A stretch of DNA of 64,000 bases. It comes from Patescibacteria group bacterium. Lineage in GTDB: Bacteria; Patescibacteriota; Patescibacteriia; Magasanikbacterales; GWA2-37-8. Below the pieces are notes generated by a model, which was given only the letters and a program-made list of their open reading frames with translations, was not told where the DNA came from and ran no database searches. Location of the stretch: assembly GCA_041651015.1 (NCBI GenBank), contig JBAZKA010000002.1:6163-70162 (forward strand). Direction: 5' to 3'. The position numbers and the translations under genes were made by a program. Of this stretch, positions 60,198-64,000 are shown piece by piece. Position 1 is the first letter of the stretch, and each line of letters starts with the position of its first letter.

Positions 60198-60274
60198 ATC
60201 AAATTAAGCCACTTGCCCCGTAGCGGTCGCGGAGCGACCTGCTACTGGGGTCTATAATGATAAGTCTTTTCATA

Positions 60275-60414
60275 CCCCGTAGAAGAATTTTGAATTAATC
60301 ATATTTCGTTAATAAACAGGGTCGCTCTTTATTTGCTAGCAATCCCAATTAATCCCGTGGCCGATAAATTGATTTTGCCCTATGGGCAAAATCGTTCAAA
60401 ATTTCTCTACGGGG
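60275..60414. mobile_element. 140-bp MITE-like element
   Basis: 20-bp terminal IRs CCCCGTAGAAGAATTTTGAA / TTCAAAATTTCTCTACGGGG (18/20 match). Confidence 0.45.
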
Positions 60415-60516
60415 CATATTTACATCCATTTTACGCTATTCTACGTCCGCTGGCAAACCTTGACGATATCGGCATATCGTGATAATATATGTTTCCACTA
60501 CGAACAGGAGGAAACG

Positions 60517-60651
60517 ATGTTATACATAAAAGAAGAATCATATTTTCGCCTTTTTTTATGTGGTCTCGGCACTTACTTCGCCGTAACCGTCGGGGGAGCT
60601 TGCCTCGGCCTGCTCATTTCAAAGATCTTCGGCCTCACCCTGCCTTTTTAA
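60517..60651 (+). CDS. 44-aa small membrane protein
   Basis: AGGAGG RBS, hydrophobic segment, promoter-like TTGACG upstream. Confidence 0.5.
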   Translation: MLYIKEESYFRLFLCGLGTYFAVTVGGACLGLLISKIFGLTLPF

Positions 60652-60746
60652 CTCACCGGCTCAAAACCCGCAGATGTCCGTCGCGAACTCGCCTCGGACT
60701 TTTTTATTTAAAAAAAATAACCCCAACAAATCTGGGATTATTTTTG

Positions 60747-60818
60747 AGGTACCGGTGGGAATTGCACCCACGCATAGAGGTTTTGCAGACCTCTGCCTTA
60801 CTGCTTGGCTACGGTACC
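60747..60818 (-). tRNA. tRNA-Cys(GCA)
   Basis: GGTACCG..CGGTACC-T acceptor (U73), GAGGT ctGCAaa ACCTC arm; variant T-loop TGCAATT. Confidence 0.9.
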
Positions 60819-60851
60819 AAAATAAATTGTGTTTAATACTTAATACGTTGT

Positions 60852-60928
60852 GGAGTTTTGTCTCCCTGCGGGAGACCTTACTGCCCCGCCCAAGGCGGGC
60901 GCGCCTAGGGCGCGTTGGCCACGGTACC
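60852..60928 (-). pseudogene. decayed 5' copy of tRNA-Cys with palindromic inserts
   Basis: GGTACCGTGGCCAA[30-bp insert]GCAGTAAGG matches the 5' end of the adjacent tRNA-Cys. Confidence 0.65.
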
Positions 60929-60977
60929 AAATTTCGTGTTAAAAATATAACACGAAAATGATTTTATTTCAAGACGC

Positions 60978-62306
60978 CTACTTTACGTATTTGAGTGGGT
61001 TAACCCGAGCGCCGTTTACTCTCACTTCAAAATGTAAATGAATACCGGTGACGCCGCGCACATTTCCCGTGTTACCCATAAGACCGATTGTCTGCCCGGC
61101 TTTAACATAATCACCGACACTCACTAATAATTTATTGTTGTGACCATATAACGTGATCACGCCATTGCCATGGTCAATTATAATAACACAGCCATAACCA
61201 CTATTCCAACCACACTGGGATTTAGTGACAGTGCCGGCTCGGGCGGCGTAGTTCGGCGTATTTAATTTGCTGGCCAAATCCAAACCTAAATGACGCCAAC
61301 TATAATACTGGGTGATGGTCCTGGCCGCGCTCGGCCAAACATAACCGGACACCGAAGCGGATTGACCGGATGATGCCGGCACAGTACCGGTATATTTTCC
61401 TTGTGAGGTTGTGTAAGTTGATTTTGGACGAACCGCCACTTGCACAGCAGTGCCATTTGGAATCATGATTCTTTTACCAATAACCAGATCAGTGCCGTCT
61501 TCGCTCAGTCCATTGAAAATAACTATGTCCTCGGCTTTTGCGCCATAGGTGGAAGCAATTTTTTTCAAAGTGTCGCCTTTCTTGATTGTGTGCATCACAC
61601 CCGTGGTCGGCGGTATGTGCAATTTATCTCCCGGACGAAGCAAGGTTGTATAACTAATGCCGTTTTCCCACATTAGCGTGGAAATGCTCACGCCATAACG
61701 ATAAGCAATACTGGAAAGAGAGTCTCCGGGCTGTATTGTATAGTCCATCACTTCCTTGCGGCTGACGTTAACGATGGCAGCCCCGCTCATAATTACTGGT
61801 TTACCAACAGCTCCGGACAAAGCAAAAGTCCCCAACTCTATATTCAAATTATTTTCTTCGGTGACCGCGCCAAGTGTAGGCTCGCTTTGAACCACTCCGC
61901 TTTTCCAAGCGGGCGCTTCGGTGGTCTGGGCGGTAGTTGCCTCGGCGGAAATTTCTTCGTAATCATAGCTTTCACCCGGACCAAATAATTTGTAAGCCAT
62001 GGTCTTTTGACCGGGATGAACACCTAATTCCTGAGATAGTATCTTGGTTTGAGGCAAGGCTGAGACAAATAAAACGACTAAAAGTATAATTTGCAAATTA
62101 CTTCTTTTTAACCACCAAATTTTGTCAGTTCCCAGGCCTATCTTTTTTAGAAAATATTCCAACTTATAATTCCAAAACGCAAAAAAACGCCAAATAAAAA
62201 CGAAAAATTTGGCTATGTGCAGGTAAATATTCTTTCCAGACCACCAAAGGAATTTTTTTATTCCCACCAAGAGATACAGAATTTTCAACAGCAGTTTGTA
62301 TTTCAT
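60978..62306 (-). CDS. LysM x2 + M23 peptidase
   Basis: YTIQPGDSLSSIA, HTIKKGDTL, HLGLD, YGH and HLHFEVR. Confidence 0.93.
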   Translation of the reverse strand: MKYKLLLKILYLLVGIKKFLWWSGKNIYLHIAKFFVFIWRFFAFWNYKLEYFLKKIGLGTDKIWWLKRSNLQIILLVVLFVSALPQTKILSQELGVHPGQKTMAYKLFGPGESYDYEEISAEATTAQTTEAPAWKSGVVQSEPTLGAVTEENNLNIELGTFALSGAVGKPVIMSGAAIVNVSRKEVMDYTIQPGDSLSSIAYRYGVSISTLMWENGISYTTLLRPGDKLHIPPTTGVMHTIKKGDTLKKIASTYGAKAEDIVIFNGLSEDGTDLVIGKRIMIPNGTAVQVAVRPKSTYTTSQGKYTGTVPASSGQSASVSGYVWPSAARTITQYYSWRHLGLDLASKLNTPNYAARAGTVTKSQCGWNSGYGCVIIIDHGNGVITLYGHNNKLLVSVGDYVKAGQTIGLMGNTGNVRGVTGIHLHFEVRVNGARVNPLKYVK

Positions 62307-62402
62307 AACTTGACTTTTGGTGCCATAATAGCATATTATATTTATCGCATAAAAGCAAGATGAGAGAGATTGCTATATTATTAATTAATTTAACCATTCT
62401 CT

Positions 62403-64000
62403 ATGACACAAAGTGTCATCATAGTGGCTCTGGGGGCGATTCTGCCCGCCCTGATCGCCGTAGCATACGGCATTGTCTTGATCCGTTGGATCAACAAGCA
62501 GCCGGCCGGCGATGATCGCATGCAAGCGATCGCCCGCGCCATCCAAGATGGCGCCAAAGCCTACTTGGGCCGACAATACAAAACCATCGCCATTGTCGCG
62601 GCCGTAATGTTCATAGTCATTGGCCTCGTAACAGATTGGATTACCGGTTTTGGCTTTTTGGTCGGTGCTTTTCTATCCGGCGCGACCGGTATTATTGGCA
62701 TGAACATTTCTGTCCGCGCCAATGTACGCACGGCTGAAGCGGCTAAAAAGGGTTTTAAACAAGCTATGAACATGGCGGTGCGCGGCGGTTCCATCACCGG
62801 TTTGCTGGTGGCCGGTCTGGCTTTGCTTGGTGTCTCCGGATTTTATCTTTTAACCAATGATATTAGCGCCTTGATCGGTCTCGGATTTGGCGCTTCTCTT
62901 ATTTCTATTTTTGCTCGTATCGGCGGAGGTATCTTTACCAAAGCAGCTGATGTTGGCGCCGACTTGGTCGGTAAAGTGGAAAAAGGAATTCCTGAAGATG
63001 ACCCGCGCAACCCGGCTGTTATTGCCGATAACGTTGGCGATAATGTCGGCGATTGCGCCGGCATGGCCGCGGATTTGTTTGAAACATACGCTGTCACTGT
63101 CGTGGCCGCCATGGTACTCGCATCATTACTTTTCCCGGGCAACAATAAAATTTTAGTTCTCCCGCTTTTACTCGGCGGTGTTTCTATTATTGCTTCCATC
63201 CTCGGAACATTCTTTATCCGCGTGGGTGAAGATAAAAAAGTGATGAAAGCGCTCTACAAGGGTTTGATTGCATCTGGAATTTTTGCTCTTATCGGTTTTT
63301 ATCCCCTGACAAAATGGTTGGCAATCGGGTTGGATGGAATAACCTCCCTGCATCTTTATTTTACAGCAATTATCGGTTTAATTTTGACTGGTGTGATGGT
63401 GTTTGTCACCGAATATTACACTTCACAAAATTATAAACCAGTGCAAGATATTGCCAAAGCTTCCACCACCGGCCACGGCACAAATATAATTTCCGGTTTA
63501 GCTGTCTCTATGAAAGCCACGGCACTGCCCGTGCTCGCGATTGTGGCTGCCATCCTTCTTTCTTATTGGCTCGCTGGAATTTTTGGCGTGGCCATTGCCG
63601 CTGTCGCCATGTTGTCGCTGACTGGTATCATTGTTACTATTGATGCTTATGGTCCAATCACGGATAATGCCGGCGGTATTGCCGAAATGGCAAATCTGCC
63701 AAAAGAAGTCCGAGATATTACCGATCCGTTAGATGCAGTCGGCAACACAACCAAGGCTGTGACCAAAGGTTATGCGATTGCTTCAGCCGGACTCGCCGCG
63801 CTCGTCTTGTTCGCTGACTTCACTCACAAACTTCCGGAATCAACTGTATTTTTAATTAATGACCCGAAAGTTCTCGCCGGTTTATTCATCGGTGGTTTGC
63901 TCCCGTATTTGTTTGGCGCCATGCTTATGGAATCTGTGGGCAAGGTCGCGGGCAAAGTGGTAGAGGAAGTCCGCAGACAATTCAAAGAAATTGTCGGCAT
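62403..64000 (+). CDS. hppA: membrane-bound H+-translocating pyrophosphatase, truncated by window end
   Basis: [39 protein letters not shown] and GNTTKA; absent from the ORF track because no stop lies in the window. Confidence 0.95.
   Translation, partial: MTQSVIIVALGAILPALIAVAYGIVLIRWINKQPAGDDRMQAIARAIQDGAKAYLGRQYKTIAIVAAVMFIVIGLVTDWITGFGFLVGAFLSGATGIIGMNISVRANVRTAEAAKKGFKQAMNMAVRGGSITGLLVAGLALLGVSGFYLLTNDISALIGLGFGASLISIFARIGGGIFTKAADVGADLVGKVEKGIPEDDPRNPAVIADNVGDNVGDCAGMAADLFETYAVTVVAAMVLASLLFPGNNKILVLPLLLGGVSIIASILGTFFIRVGEDKKVMKALYKGLIASGIFALIGFYPLTKWLAIGLDGITSLHLYFTAIIGLILTGVMVFVTEYYTSQNYKPVQDIAKASTTGHGTNIISGLAVSMKATALPVLAIVAAILLSYWLAGIFGVAIAAVAMLSLTGIIVTIDAYGPITDNAGGIAEMANLPKEVRDITDPLDAVGNTTKAVTKGYAIASAGLAALVLFADFTHKLPESTVFLINDPKVLAGLFIGGLLPYLFGAMLMESVGKVAGKVVEEVRRQFKEIVG

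Noticed and set aside
1-64000. Alternative genetic code (TGA=Gly), prophage or rRNA
   Set aside because: Conserved genes are intact under code 11 with TGA stops; no phage structural genes or rRNA-like sequence seen

Overview
Chromosomal segment of a bacterium using genetic code 11 (TGA is used as a stop). Gene content and style suggest Patescibacteria/CPR (Parcubacteria/ABY1-like; inference). The backbone carries rpiB, rpe, trxB, a PfkB kinase, rubrerythrin, ruvC, yebC, rpoBC, ftsK, recA, a type IV pilus assembly operon, ychF, a cell-surface protein operon, rmuC, rpsT, holA, polA, a LysM/M23 peptidase, a partial H+-PPase and four tRNAs. The main accessory region (~5.1-17.9 kb) is an integron-like cassette array. 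It has a 23-codon stump of a divergent integrase, five attC-like sites, an ORF-less first cassette, a 7.8-kb five-gene defence cassette (RadC-MTase fusion, AlwI-family REase, second MTase, DUF4297-HerA) and a 3-kb cassette with ~70-bp terminal inverted repeats. The 3-kb cassette carries a GIY-YIG nuclease and a DUF5343-like + DUF3800 operon that faces a convergently transcribed putative small RNA. Other items: a type II RM pair between ~59-bp direct repeats, an unassigned structured RNA upstream of ftsK, parS sites next to a thrice-repeated 26-bp palindrome, and decayed tRNA fragments interrupted by short palindromic insertions. All family assignments come from visual motif recognition; no searches were run.
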